Part shown: positions 33,948 through 47,100 of the stretch, in pieces
Numbering within the stretch: position 1 is the first letter of the stretch
Layout: each line of letters begins with the position of its first letter
From: Takakia lepidozioides
Taxonomy: Eukaryota > Plantae > Bryophyta
Direction: 5' to 3'
DNA: 64,000 nucleotides
Assembly (NCBI GenBank): GCA_030704615.1
Contig: CM060732.1
Coordinates: 59,148,001-59,212,000 of the forward strand
The notes under the pieces: generated by a model
What the model saw: the letters and a program-made list of their open reading frames with translations, nothing else
Told to the model about the DNA's origin: nothing
The model's database searches: none
Made by a program: the position numbers and the translations under genes

Positions 33948-34643
33948 TTAATGTGGCAATAACCAAAACTCTCTTCTGTAATATCTCTCGTATATGCCTG
34001 GATTTCTTTCAAGCTTCAATGCACCCTTGGCTATACTTGAAGTCTCCGTTACCATATAACCATATGGCAAACAAGTCTGAAAAGCTGTTCTTGGTGTGAG
34101 TTTGATCCACAAAATATCCTTTGGAATCCAATTCTTTACCAGTACAAGCTCTTCATGCATATGAGTATAAACATTCACCTTTCTTTCTTCCCAGCCTTCA
34201 AACTCTACTCGTTTAATGGATAGCAATGCTATCACATAAACCAATGTTGGTAACCAACGTGCTCTTCCTCTACAGGCTACCTGATAAATCTTTATCACTC
34301 CTTTCTCCAGACCCCATTCTGGATCAGCATCATGCACTCGTTTAAGAATATTTTCTTTACATCCGTCTGGCAATTCCAAGAACCTTTGAAAGAACTGTTT
34401 GGACAATCTTTCTTCCTTCGTTTCACAGGGAATTTGATTCACTTCAAATTCTTTAATGGTCCAACCACCATGATCCCACCAGATGCCTGTCACATCTGGT
34501 TGTTCATGTCCCAGTTCCCCAGTATGGTCGCCAAATGTCGCGCGTCTTTTACTCACCCATCCCTTCGCTATCCGAGGCGGAAACTCCAAGATAGAAGAGT
34601 TGGAAATCTCTAAGTACTCAGCCCGCGCAGAACAATCAGTCAT
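33948..34643 (-). CDS. Accessory ORF0 of B, 231 aa, unknown function, F-box-like motif
   Basis: Open from an ATG inside the LTR through the PBS; differences from the A copy are mainly synonymous; motif FLELPDGCKENILKRV. Confidence 0.75.
   Translation of the reverse strand: MTDCSARAEYLEISNSSILEFPPRIAKGWVSKRRATFGDHTGELGHEQPDVTGIWWDHGGWTIKEFEVNQIPCETKEERLSKQFFQRFLELPDGCKENILKRVHDADPEWGLEKGVIKIYQVACRGRARWLPTLVYVIALLSIKRVEFEGWEERKVNVYTHMHEELVLVKNWIPKDILWIKLTPRTAFQTCLPYGYMVTETSSIAKGALKLERNPGIYERYYRREFWLLPH
34516..34533 (-). promoter_or_regulatory. Primer binding site of B, tRNA-Arg-like
   Basis: TGGCGACCATACTGGGGA on the minus strand, 2 nt after the 5' LTR. Confidence 0.8.
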
Positions 34644-35608
34644 GACCTACAGCTAGTGTATCATGGGGGTGTTTCCTATTTGTTTCCCTTTTCGCATTCA
34701 TCTTGGCTACCTTACCATTGATAATTACGTATTAGTTTCCTTCACTCCTCCATTCAATCCACAGCTTCACTCAGATCTCTCTACACAGTGTGATTGTATC
34801 GTATAAATATCAGATTATGATTTATCAGGTATCAGGCCGAAGCCATTGTATCTCTATTCTCCTCTACAATATCCCTACGGCTTTGCATCTAACAAGCATC
34901 TACTAATCCTCCTTCATCGTGCTCTCCGATCTCCGCTTCCGCCTGACTCCCAAGTCCTCCCCCGAATAATGATCTCATCATAATCCCCGTTCTTCCCTTT
35001 ATCCTCCTATCCGCGGTTCTAACCGTTTCCCTCTCTAACCGTCGTATGTGAACTAACATGTTCCCTTCTCTGGTGTTGTTCCCCACAGTCGTTCCCTGTC
35101 CTACTCTTCGTTCCCTATTATCGTGACAGCTGTGTCAAGCGGTGACTGGCTGTGTTTGGCTGTGTCGGGCTGTGACTGGCTGTGTGGCTATGCCGGGCTG
35201 TGACTGGCTGTGTGGGCTGTGTCTGCTGTGACGACTGTGACGGGCTGTGTGGGCTGTGTGGGCTGTGTCGGCTGTGTGGGCTGTGTGGGCTGTGTCGGCT
35301 GTGTCGGGCTGTGTGGGCTGTGTGGGCTGTGACGGGCTGTGTGGGCTGTGACGGCTGTGTGGGCTGTGTGGGCTGTGTCGGCTGTGTGGGCTGTGTCGGC
35401 TGTGTGGGCTGTGACGGCTGTGTGGGCTGTGTCGGCTGTGTGGGCTGTGACGGCTGTGACGGCTGTGTGGGCTGTGTGGGTTGTGTAACCCCCTTCTACA
35501 GTGCTCTGCTGTCACCCCTAAGGTTCCTGTTTGTCTCAGTCTGTGCAAAAATTAAGGGTACCCTACAGATCCCGTATAAGTGTCTAAGTCCCCTACAGTC
35601 CTCTAACA
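34536..35608 (-). repeat. 5' LTR of B
   Basis: Direct repeat of 25801-26873. Confidence 0.95.
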
Positions 35609-37833
35609 CTGCCTAAAGTGTAATACTCCCCACACCAGGGCATAGCATTCACCTTCCATAGGGTGATATTTGCGCTGAGCATCAGATAGTACCTTACTGG
35701 CATATGAATGACCCAATGACCCCCCTTTTATACTCCTTTTGTGACAATACTGCCCCTACTCCTTTGATGGACCAGTCAACATCCAAGACGAACGGTCTTG
35801 AGAAATCTGGTCTTGCTAGGATGGGAGCAGTTACCAACTTCACTTGTAAGGCAGAAAAGGCGTTTTGTGCCTCTGCACTCCAGATAAACTTCACATCTTT
35901 CTTGGTTAGAGTGAACAAGGGTACTGCCACTCCAGCATATCCTTTGACATAGGGCCTATAGTACCCTGTCATGCCCAAGTAGCTTTTGAGAGCAGTGTGG
36001 TTTTTGGGCAAGGGAAACCTTTCAATAGCAGCTATCTTATCTGGATCAGGCCACGTTCCCTCTTCAGAGATCACATGCCCAAGGAATACCAACTGTAAGT
36101 TGGCAAAGTAACACTTGTCCGGATTGAGCCTAAGATTGGCCTTTCTAACCTTTCTCAGTACTTTCTTTATATGCCCCACGTGATCTCCCCAGTCCTTGCT
36201 ATGGATATTGACGTCATCTACAAAAACTTTAGCGCAATCTTTGATTTCTTCTCTGAGCACCCTATTCATTGTTCTCTGAAAGGTAGCAGTGGCATTTTTC
36301 AGCCCGAATGGCATGACTAGCCATTCATACAATCCCTTCTTTGTGATCACTGCTGTTTTGCCTATGTCTCGGTCGTCCATTTTGATCTGCCAAAAACCAG
36401 ATTGTAAATCCAGCGCAGAAAACCACTTGGCTTTCCCCAACTGGTTTAAAACATCCTGAATTAATGGCATAGGGTAAGAGTCCCTTCTGGTTAAACGGTT
36501 TACTGGCCTAAAATCACCACAAAACCGCTTGGATCCATCCTTTTTTGGTGGAAGGGTAACTGGACACGACCATTCTGAACTACTCTCTCTCATCTTGCCT
36601 TGTGAGATCAAAGTCTCAATTTGTCCTTGTACCTCGTTTTCCTCCCACTCTGATAGGCGGCTGGGACGACTTCTGCAAGGGGGAAAGCCTTGAGTATCAA
36701 TTGTATGTTCCACCTCACTGCAATATCCTAAGTCAGCCTTGCTAAGAGCAAAACATTCCTGATTTGCTTTTAGCTCTTGCTCCAGCTCTTTCCTTTGTTC
36801 TGGAGCGAGCTCTGGGTTGATGTGTAGTCTGGATTTCAGACTTCTCCAACGACTCTCCATTTCTTCCTCTTGACTGGGTTCTAAACTCTTTCCCTCCACC
36901 TGGCTTACAGAGTTAGCTACTCTCTGTCTTTCCTCCTGTGTGACAACCTGATTCCAATCATGGAAATCATCCTCTATTTCTACGTTGTTGTTCCCTAGTT
37001 CTCCATCCCAAGCCTTCTGGTGAGCTTCCTGAATTATAGCGGCAGCCATGCTACGTTGGGTCTCTTCCTGAAGGAGTTCAGACATCCCTTGGTCTTCGAA
37101 CAGGTCCTCCCAGCTGACATCATCTATTATCTCCTCAACATCCTTCAGTACTGTATCTACCTCCTCACTCTCTTCAGAACCTCCCATCTCCTCATCCTTA
37201 TCAGATTTAGAGGTGTCAGAACCTGAGGATCCTTCCTCCGTGTCCTCATACTCTTCCTCTGGCTTTCTTTCTTTCTCCCACAAGCCTAGGTACTGCTCAT
37301 CTGACGTCAGGGTTAAGACATTACCTGTTGACGTACTGCCTGCATACCGCACTCTGCTCTCGACCCCTCTATGGCAGGCTGTTCTAGTAACTGCAGGCTC
37401 ATTGTAATTTATGGTGTGCAAAGGGAAGTGAGCAAAATCCTTTCCTGGCCCATAGCGCACACGAATTGTTTCAGCTTCGGTGTCAACTACAGCGCCAAAC
37501 TTTTTGAGAAAGTCTAATCCCAGCAGCATGTGATATGTATCCGTGTTCACCACCATAAAGGACAAACGATTGGTCAGCTCTCCTACTTTGACCTTGATGT
37601 CCTCAAGTCTGCCCATTGCAGTCTCAAGAGCACCAGAGGCTACTCTGTAATTTACATCCTTACTAGTAATGACAGATCCCATCAGACCAAGATCCCTTAC
37701 AATACTCGCGGATATTACTGAGAGCATGGCACCTGTGTCAATCTGGCCTAATACTTGGTAATCTCCCATTGTAATCATCACATGAAGTGCCTTTACTTTA
37801 CCAGTATAAGCATATGAGATTGTGGGTTCAGCG
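35609..37833 (-). pseudogene. pol of C, 5' part: protease, RT, start of RNase H
   Basis: IDTGA, LLGLDFL, LDLQSGFWQI, MPFGLKNA, FVDD; frameshift near 35710; joins HFRQ|YLYG across element B. Confidence 0.93.
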
Positions 37834-39122
37834 TTAGATCACCTTATCCTTTCTATGTTTTCAACAGTTCCAGCTAACCCTCATTTGATCTCTCCAGGCA
37901 AACAAGCTAGATTTACATTGGTTTCAGTGCATCACTACCCACGGCAGCATTGTGTGCAGGTTTATAACACTGAAACAAGATTCAAGAATGAAGACAACAG
38001 TGACCATTCTGATTTCAGTGACAAACAATCTCTCTCTCTCTCTCTTCACTCATTTCTCTTACTAACACCACAACACCATCCTTTCCATGTTCTGGTTTGA
38101 AGTCCAGAGTCTCCATTCCATTTCCAAAAATCTTTTCCTCTATCACATGTCTCCACCATTTCTCTTCTACCAAGATGCAGTCCTAAATCTACCAAAAGCA
38201 ATTTCTAAGTTTCAACAAAAAAAGGCCAACAGTCCACAGACTTATCTGTTTTTATCCTCTAGTGAAGCGGTGGGTCTGCCTGTCAAGGTGGCACCTCGCC
38301 ATCGCCTGTCAGCAGCCACTTCAACCTTTTCTCCTTGTCTTGATTCCAGTCTTTATCATGCCATGATGGCTCCTCTTCATCCCTTGGAACATCCTGTGGC
38401 TTGCCCACTAAATTGCTCTATGCAATTCCTTCTTACGAATCGACCTGGTCCTATAACAAGAAGACACAAAAGTAGCTAGAAGCTTGATGACAGAGAACGT
38501 GAGATGCCATACAGCCAGCACTCCACATGTTTTATCCCCCCCATTGATTGTGCCCAGACTCTCTTCCTTGTGCTTCCAGCAGCTGGCCGTTTTCCTTTCT
38601 TGCTCATCTGCCCATAACTGTCATCTTCAAGGCAATGGCGGCAGCGGTGGTGCGCCGCTCTCCTTACATGCTCCTATCTCCTGGAATTGATCATCACTCC
38701 GAGAGAGGCGGCACCGCTTCCCTTTACACAGAATACCAAGCAGAGGCACTTAATGCCGCTTCCTAAACCAAGCAAAATCCCACAGCGTAGGTACAACCTC
38801 CCAACAACAGGCTGCCCTGCCAACACCACTGCTCGCAGCAGCTGCTACGAGTCACCCGTCATCTTCCTCTTTGTTTTTCTCAACCCGTGATTTTAGGTTA
38901 AGCACCAATGATGAAAACGTTCATCGCATGGATGAAAATACGCACTGTCATGACTTAGCCATTTTTTCTCCTGGCAAAGCATAAGCTCAGTGTGCCCATG
39001 AAATTACCTGCATGCAGGGATACATCCCTCCTGTAGTTGGGATAACGGGCACTCCTATTATGTGATGTAGGTCTTAACGGTAAAACAAAGATGTAATGTC
39101 ACTCCCCTGCATTCACACTACA
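37834..39122 (-). repeat. Truncated 5' LTR of C
   Basis: Near-identical to 21988-23286; fused directly to protease-proximal sequence. Confidence 0.85.
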
Positions 39123-41999
39123 GTACAACCACCACACAGTCTTCATGCCATGATTCACACACTGTTAAATCCTCACCCATCACACGGCGTACATCCATGG
39201 GAACTTGAAGGTATTGGTGCACGTGTTTCAATGCTCTCCGATCCAGGAACAATCCATCATGGTCCAAATGGACTGCCTTGTGAACCGTTGTGAAGCATTT
39301 CCTGGCATAGTAATTGGTGTAAGTGACCTCACTGTTCAACTGGTTGGATGAGATGTTCACAACCCTAGAAACTTCGTTCTCAAATGAGTAGCACCAAAAA
39401 ATGTCGTGGCATCCATGCCTTTCCACATCATCCAATAGCTCTCCGCTCCCTATACAAGGGCATATCACATATTAGATGACTCGTGCATTCTTCAAGCTCT
39501 GAGTTGTCCAACCATACCTTCGACTGTGTGTGTAAAACAACCTTCCAATCTCAGTGAGGATCATACCTATCCCACCCAAAATAGAGTCCAATCCCAGATT
39601 AAGATGATCCAACACGTGTGGCAAGCACCACATGACGAAGATCTAGTACTCCTCTGCCTTGTAGAATCCCAATGATTCTATACTCCTCGGCCACCTTGCC
39701 CCAAGTCCTGCAGGTCTCATGCATTACAGCTTCTATATCTTTCATCTTCCGATTTTCTTCGGCATATTTTACCAGCATATGAACGTACTTCTTGAATATA
39801 CACAACGCCAAGGTGTGCATGACATCGTACGTCAAATCACGAGATACATCGAAGCCGTATAAATCATACAATCTCCAAAGACATGAATTCCCTGAAATGC
39901 CTGCTTCACGAGCAACTTCTTCCTTTCTTCTGCCATCAGGTAGTTTCTGCCATTCTCTCACGGAAAGTGCCATGTTTTCCGCAAGCCACATGTCATGTGG
40001 GTGTCTCATCTGCAATCTGTTGTCATGGTACTGAGTACTCCACCAAACCCCTGTTGGTAGATCTAGCCCGCCACCTGGATGCCATGTAGTGGCGTCAACA
40101 ACCTGAGTAGCCCCCACTCTTCACTCCACCCACCTTGCACTGAGCAGGGTGGTCACCAGTCCAAACCATTAGCATGGCCCTCAAGGTAATTGAATCGGCA
40201 TTGGAAAGGTGCTCGCTAATGAATCCCACAGGATATGAGTAGTGGACTGGGAATCCATCCACAAACATACGTTCCAAATCTGTCATCAGAGGCTCCAAGA
40301 ATGTTGTCAACACGTTGCCATCATCTTGTTGGATTAACTTTTCTGAGCTCGTAGGAATGAACATGACAGGCAAAGGATCCATTGTGTTGTCTTTACCAAA
40401 ATTCTATATCATCACGTCCACAGTCCAGCAGCTCTTGGGACTTGTCTTTGCTGTCGAAAAACCATCCCAATGCAGCATCGATCCGAAATTGCGTGGATCA
40501 AACAAGATTAAAATTGGACCTGGAAACATTTCAAAGAACCAAAGATACATATTAAATAAGGACACACCTACGGCTTGGAAGCAAAGAAATATATACCAAT
40601 ATGAACTGCAAATGACTTACCTTCAACATGCGCCTTGGGACATGAATCTGACTGGCACACTCCGAGCACGCGAAGGTGTAGTGGTCTGTCTCTGAATCCC
40701 AATGTTGAATTACTTCCTTGCACTTTTTAGATGCAGGAAATGTCCTGAACACATAGGAACAATTCTTATTGGGACATATTACAGGGGCCTCCCACTCTGC
40801 CTCTGGGTTCCAGAAGGCCTGGTATTCACGAAACTTGCTCCCATCAAAATGCTCTTTGATATGCTCTGGCGAAAAACTAGAATCTTTTCCCAACCATCTA
40901 TCCCTGGCCCTCCACGTACTCAACATCTTTTCACAAATGGTCCTACTTTTGCATAGGCTTGCTAGCAGCGGTCCAATAGGTATGTAGTCAAAAGCTAGGA
41001 TGTCTTTCCTCATCTGTGAGCAGATTGGACACCTGTCAGAATATCTTGCGCAGTCCCTTTTAAATTTCTTTCCAGAAGTAGGCTCACACCTACAAGGCAC
41101 CATCTCAGAGCCTTCGTATGAATCCTCATCACTAGGTGGCATGAGGTGGGGAGCATGTGGTGTTTCTGTGTCCCCAGGTTACAAACGCCACCTCTCTCTC
41201 ACTACCAACCCAACCCTTTATACAAGTGACGAAGTTTTTTCCATGAAGTCGGTGGTACAAACCCCCTGAATCCCTCTGAACCAACCATTGTCAACAATCT
41301 GCCAGTTGATAAGGCACTGTAATCGACACTTCCATCTTCGAGAACTTTGGGCTCTTCCTGCAATGAGCCAAATAATTCGTGTAACATGAAGTCTTGCAGA
41401 TTATGGGGTACGTGACTCTCGTCCCACTTGTCGTGAAGCTCTACGATTTTGTTGGTAAGGGCTTCTTCCAGGGTTAAAGCTCGAGCTTCACAAGATGGAG
41501 GTGCCTTACTAGAAGAAGGGTCAAGTGAACCTGAGGACATGCTCCCTTGAAGGTCGAATTCGCAAGATGGATGTTCCTCACTAGAAGAAGGGCCATGTGC
41601 ACCTTCTGAAGATGTGTTGTCTTGAGGGTCAAGAATTGGTGCTGTGAGGGCTTCCTCTTCCAACTCATTCACGAATACGTCTTCAGAATTCATATGCTTG
41701 TATATAGTCCTCTTTGACATATGAGCCCCTTTGCACCTTGCACAATAGCATGGAAATTTTTGTCCAGAGCTTGTTGCAGGCGTACCCTCTTCAACCACCT
41801 CTCGATGCACCCCTGCATCTGCAATCATGTGCCCCAGCCTGTTGGGCACTTGTGCAGCATCTTGGACTGGAGTGGATGATGGTTCCGGTACTCTTTGAAG
41901 CCTCCTCACTATCGCATGGACCTTACCTGTCTTTGAGCATTGCTCATGGTTGTAGAACGTCCTTTCAGGCACCCATGCAAATCCAGGAGGGAAATGCAT
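39123..41999 (-). pseudogene. CACTA/En-Spm (TnpD-like) transposase, disrupted
   Basis: Motifs FDYIPIGPLL, HFDGSKF, LHWDGF, FLEPLMTDL, WTGDHPAQCKV, DVMHTL, FWCYSFENE; stops and frameshifts; TIRs not identified. Confidence 0.85.
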
Positions 42000-42589
42000 G
42001 CACTTGTAGGAGCACCGACATACTACATTTTAGCTTGAGCTTCTGTCATGGTATCACTCAATATGATGACCAAAGATATTCAAGGCCGGTCTAGTTGTTC
42101 AGAAAATAAAAGGGATCAGAGGTCGTTCTTAGAGGACAGTCATCCCCAGGAATTTTGCAGTTTGGGTAGCAGCCATCACCTAAGGTCACATGACTTCTGT
42201 GATGTGATAGATACAGTCATTAGAGAGCGAAATAAACAGGTGGGGACAGGTCCTCAAATCATGGAAATTGAAGGATCACTTCTGTAGAAGACTCTCTCGC
42301 ACACGCACATCACGGAAATCAATCCCTCTCTTCCCTCTTGCCATTTTCCCAACAGTTATTTTCCCAAGGTAAAAGGGCTGCATTTCACAACCAATCCCAC
42401 CCAACAAATTATGCCACGCATAGCATTCCTAACATGTGCACTGGCCGGTCCATCTCCAGATGTATATGGGAAGTTGAGCCCTTGCAGTTCCATGGGTGCG
42501 ATTGGGGGTCTATTGTAATGATGATCACCCACCTTTCTATATGTTCATGTTCATCATACTCATGGAAGTTTCTGGAAAGGTGCGAGTCA

Positions 42590-43705
42590 AGAACGAAGAC
42601 AACCCTCCTCCCAACAAGAGCGCTCCGCTGCATCCACAACACCAAAAAGTTTAAGCGATACGGAAGGGATCAAGCTTCATCTACCCACCTTCCAATTGGA
42701 TTGCTTACTCAACAAATATTATACCAAAGCATTAATTAAAAGCAACATCACAATAAGGTTACTTCCTTTGAACGGTACATATATCTTACCAATTTTTTTG
42801 ACATTGCAAGAAAGTGTATGAGAGAGAGATCTTACCTGGAGGGCACTAGCAAATGAGGCTGCAACCAAAAGTGGTGCTACATAGCCTATTGCATATGCCA
42901 ATAGGAGAGTTCCCCCACAAGTGGATCCTGTAATTTGAGAGTACCCCTATGTCAGTCCCTATTATCCCCCATCATACAGACTTAAAACGCTCTGGACCTG
43001 GGCGCCCAAGGCAACTATCCATTCACTACAAGCCATCACAGAGGTTGAAGTTTCTTGCACGACAGGGGTTCAAAAAAAATGGGTCTGACAATGAGCAAAA
43101 CTCCTCCAATCTGCCTGGCCAATAAAATGAAACATCTTTTTGAGCATGATACAACTTTCATTGGGTCTGTTTTACTATAATTCAGGCACTACTTCCTAGA
43201 CTGGCAGAATACCAAAAATATGTTGGACACTGCAAACAAGGATACTGAGTTCGTACTTGAGGGAAGGCTAGCTGCAGCAGCTTGCGCATCAAAGTTGCCA
43301 AAGAAACATGGCAGTTGATTTGCCAAAAGACCTCATTAGTATTGAAAGCAAAAGTTGTATCTTACCTCTCCAGCTTGTACACATAATTTTTATTCAGTTT
43401 CTCTTGTTGCTCCAGTGTAATGTATCTGATGTACAAAATTCCTGGTGGTATTGCCCACAGCCCCCCACTTGTCAATCAAGGTCACATCTGTGCTTGTTGC
43501 TACCTCAAGTTATTGTCAAGGGGTTGTGGTGCGAAGGCTTCTACAGCACCACGTCGCTCTTTCCACCTTCCCAATTTGCCTTCATTTGTGAGCGGTACAA
43601 TACATACCTCAAGCAGGTTCAGACCCATAAGCATAGCCACACATGACACGCCGATTGGAAAGCCTGCCCAATGCCCATATGCGTTCTCTGCCAACGATGC
43701 GCCGC
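42590..43705 (-). pseudogene. ccdA: Cytochrome c biogenesis protein CcdA, degenerate 3' exons
   Basis: Exon remnants ASLAENAYG..MGLNLLE (~43700-43608), QLPCFFGNFDAQAAAASLPS (~43320-43256), DPLVGG/LLLAYAIGYVAPLLVAASFASALQ (~42928-42836) and SGALLLGGG (~42630-42603); frameshifts. Confidence 0.88.
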
Positions 43706-44170
43706 CCGGCGGTTTCCATGCCCAACACTTAGTGCACCAACACTCAATCCTGTCGAGAACATGCCATAGATCTGTTTGGAAAGGGGTCAGGACTACTGCC
43801 CAAAGATGAGAGACCAACTAGAGATCAACCATATACACTTGAAGAATGGAATATATAGAAGGAAATGAAATACCTAGAAGACCTTGAAAACATTGAAACA
43901 TTGAAACATTGAAAACATTTCAGCAATAAATTTCAAAATTGCATCACTCTAATGTATGTAAACGTCCCAGCAAACATCCTACCATTGAAAACATCCCACC
44001 ATTGAATAATGTAAAACATTTCAGCATTGCATAATTTGAAATTTCCTAGTAGTGCATAGGCTGTAATATTACATACAATTAAGGCATCAAAATTGCCACA
44101 TTAATTAAGGGGCCCTAGCTTCATGTTGAGTTATAAGGGACTGTGCCATTTGGCAGTGATTACCATGTCA

Positions 44171-47100
44171 AGGGGAGCACATCCAACAACAGTCCTCACT
44201 CTCTGGAGGAGACAGTCTCGGCTACCTTGCGAGAGGAACAGCAACGGGCTTTCAAAGCCCTTAACATCAGGGTCACTGGGAAGCTAGGGGGCCTTGCTGA
44301 GGGGGACCCTCTTGACGCTGCCACCAGCCTTATTCAGCAAAACCTTGCTCTCCCACGGGGCGCGAGTGGCATTGAAAGGGCTTGGCGTGCATGATCTTCA
44401 GAGCACAAAGTCCTCTTCATTAGATTCAAGGACAAGGGTGCTCGGGATAGAGTCCTCAGGCAGAGGCCTCAATTGAGAGGTCAGGGTATGTATCTCAACG
44501 ATGACTTGACCCCTTTGCAATACAACGCCATGCGGGCGCAACTCTTGCAGGTTAAGCAAGCTCGAGCTCAAGGGCACTATGCCGTGTACCGAGATGGGAG
44601 GGTAATTGTCCGGGAGCACGAACGTCGCCCCTCTAGCTCTAAATAGGGGTTGGGGCACCATGAGACCAACGCACGCTCACATCTACACATTGGCTCATGG
44701 AACTGTAATGGCTCGTTGTGGAGCCACCCTCAAGGGCTTCTAGATATTCTTTCCAAGTGTGATGTTCTTTTTCTTTTGGAAACTCATGCGTATGAAGGAA
44801 ATGACCCCCCTTTTATTCTCGGGTATAGCTTTCAGTCAGTGATTCGTCCACGTACAGGTCTCAAAGGATCTGGAGGTGTGGCTTGTTACTTTGCTGACTG
44901 GCTTCTCCCACTTATCTCCTTCCCATACAAAGACCCACTGGCAAGGTACATTTGGTGTCACATCAAAGGCTACAACATCCTGCTAGCGGGATGTTATTTT
45001 GCTCCGGCCGCATCTCCGCACAACGGCCTACATATTCGAACAGATTCACCATATGTTCCATTGGAAGACGATATGGCCCGTTTCCGTACCCCACAAACGG
45101 ACATTTTCTTGGTTGGAGATTTCAACGCCCGTACAGGAACACTACAGGCCCCCATCTTCGACCACACAGATCCTCTACACATCCAATGCTCGCATACGGA
45201 ATTGGAGAGGCAAAGTGCAGATTCCTCTTGCGAAATCACAAGTTACGGTCACCATCTACTCAAGTTTTGTGAAACTCAGGGGCTGTCCATTTACAATGAA
45301 ACAACCAACTTCAAATCCTCCAGCCAGTTCACTTGCCACATGTACAAGGGCCAAAGCGTGGTTGACTATCTCTTGGGGAGCCCCAACAAGCCTGATAGAA
45401 TAAGCTCCTTTTACATCACGAGGTACCCAGATTCTGATCACTCTTGCCTTTCCTTTGCATTTCCTTCCATCTCCCTCCCCGTGAGGATCCCCTCTGCGTC
45501 TCTTCCCTTACACCCACGTATCCACTTTAATACCCCTTTCTCTCACTTACACGACGCCGAGTATGAAACATACCTAGCGTCAACCCTCCCTTCCATTCTA
45601 CATCTATCATCTCCTAACGACAAGGCTACACATCTTACTCAAGCCCTTTGGGACTCAGCCCTGCGATCCTTTCATGTCACCCTTCCATCTACCTCCTCAC
45701 CCTTCTCCACTCGTCGTTACGCACCATTTTATGATGAGGAATGCAAGACTGCTAGACGTCGCATCAAATTTTTACTACTTGATACCAATTCTTCTCCAGA
45801 GTCCACTAATCTTGCTCTTAAGCACTATAAGTCCCTCATTAGATCCAAAAAGCAAGCCTACACTATCAAGCTGCAATCTTCTTTCCTTGCTAAAATCAGA
45901 TTTTCTCCTCGATCTTTTTGGTCCCTCCTTAAACCTCATAGAGATCCCCCCCAATCACTGACATTCATGTCTGGCATGAGTATGCACAGTCTTTGTACCA
46001 TTCCCCAACCCAAACTCCTTCTCCTATAACCTCTAAACCCCTTCACTTCTCTCTCTTTACTATAGCCAATGTCAGTAAGGCAATGCAGAAGCTGCAAAAT
46101 GGCAGAGCGGTGGACATTTCAGGACTTCAGAGTGAATTCATCAAGCATGCTGCACCTACTTTAGCCCCTTTTATAGCTAACCTCTTCAATGAGGTGGTGC
46201 AATGGGGCTTCCCAACAGAGTGGACAAAGAGCATCATCCACCCACTTTTTAAGAGCGGTGACAGGCTCGCACTGACAAACTATCGTACTATCATGGTGTC
46301 CTCATTACTTGCTAAACTGTTTGGGGCAGTAGTGGCCATGGAACTGGATGATTGGGCTGAGCACTCTCGCATTCGTGCTGAGGGACAGGCTGGTTTCCGT
46401 CGAAACCGATCCACTATTGACCACATCTTCACTCTTCAAGTTATGGTGGAAAGTGCACGCTATGACAAAAGAATGGTCTATGTTTGCTTCGTGGACTTTC
46501 ACAAAGCCTTTGATTCAGTTCCTCGGGACCTTCTCTTCCAACGGCTCCATAGAGTGGAAGTCCCTCCAGACATCCTTTGTGCCATCTCTTCTATGTATGA
46601 GATTGTCACTGGCATGGTCAACGTCGCTGGTGAATTCTCAGCCGAGATCCACAGCAACATTGGAGTCAAACAGGGCTGCCCCCTTTCACCTACCCTGTTC
46701 GGGATCTACATTGACGGCTTGGAGAATTACATATCAAAAAACCATGGGGTTGGGGTCCCATTGGATGGGGGACCAACCCAATCAGATCTCCTCTATGCTG
46801 ATGATGTTGCCCTTTTGGCACAATCCCCGGTCTTTCTGCAACGCCATCTCAAAATTTTGGAACAGTTCTGCAAAGACTATGGGATGCAGGTCAATCTTAG
46901 CAAGACCAAGATCATGGTCTTCAATGGCCAGGCTGATCGTAGATTCATCTTCAACCAGCAGGAAATTGAGATTGTGAAATCATACCGGTACCTAGGTCTG
47001 GTTATCCACTCCCCCAAGTTTCACTTTGCAGCCACTGCCTTGGACAGGTTGACTAAAGGTAAGGTGGCCTCCGTCCGCCTTCAGGCCAAATGCAAGCAAA

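Larger units (their letters stand above)
25801..35608 (-). mobile_element. Element B: young Ty3/Gypsy retrotransposon, same family as A, lacking the 3' ORF (9.8 kb)
   Basis: TG...CA LTRs of 1073 bp; TSD CTGCC at 25796-25800 and 35609-35613; PBS 34516-34533; PPT 26877-26890. Confidence 0.97.
21250..39122 (-). mobile_element. Element C: Ty3/Gypsy retrotransposon with gag/PBS deleted, interrupted by element B
   Basis: Direct repeats 21988-23286 and 37834-39122 start with TG on the minus strand; PPT at 23298-23308; PR-RT-RH-INT. The left border is uncertain (21250 or 21256). Confidence 0.85.
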
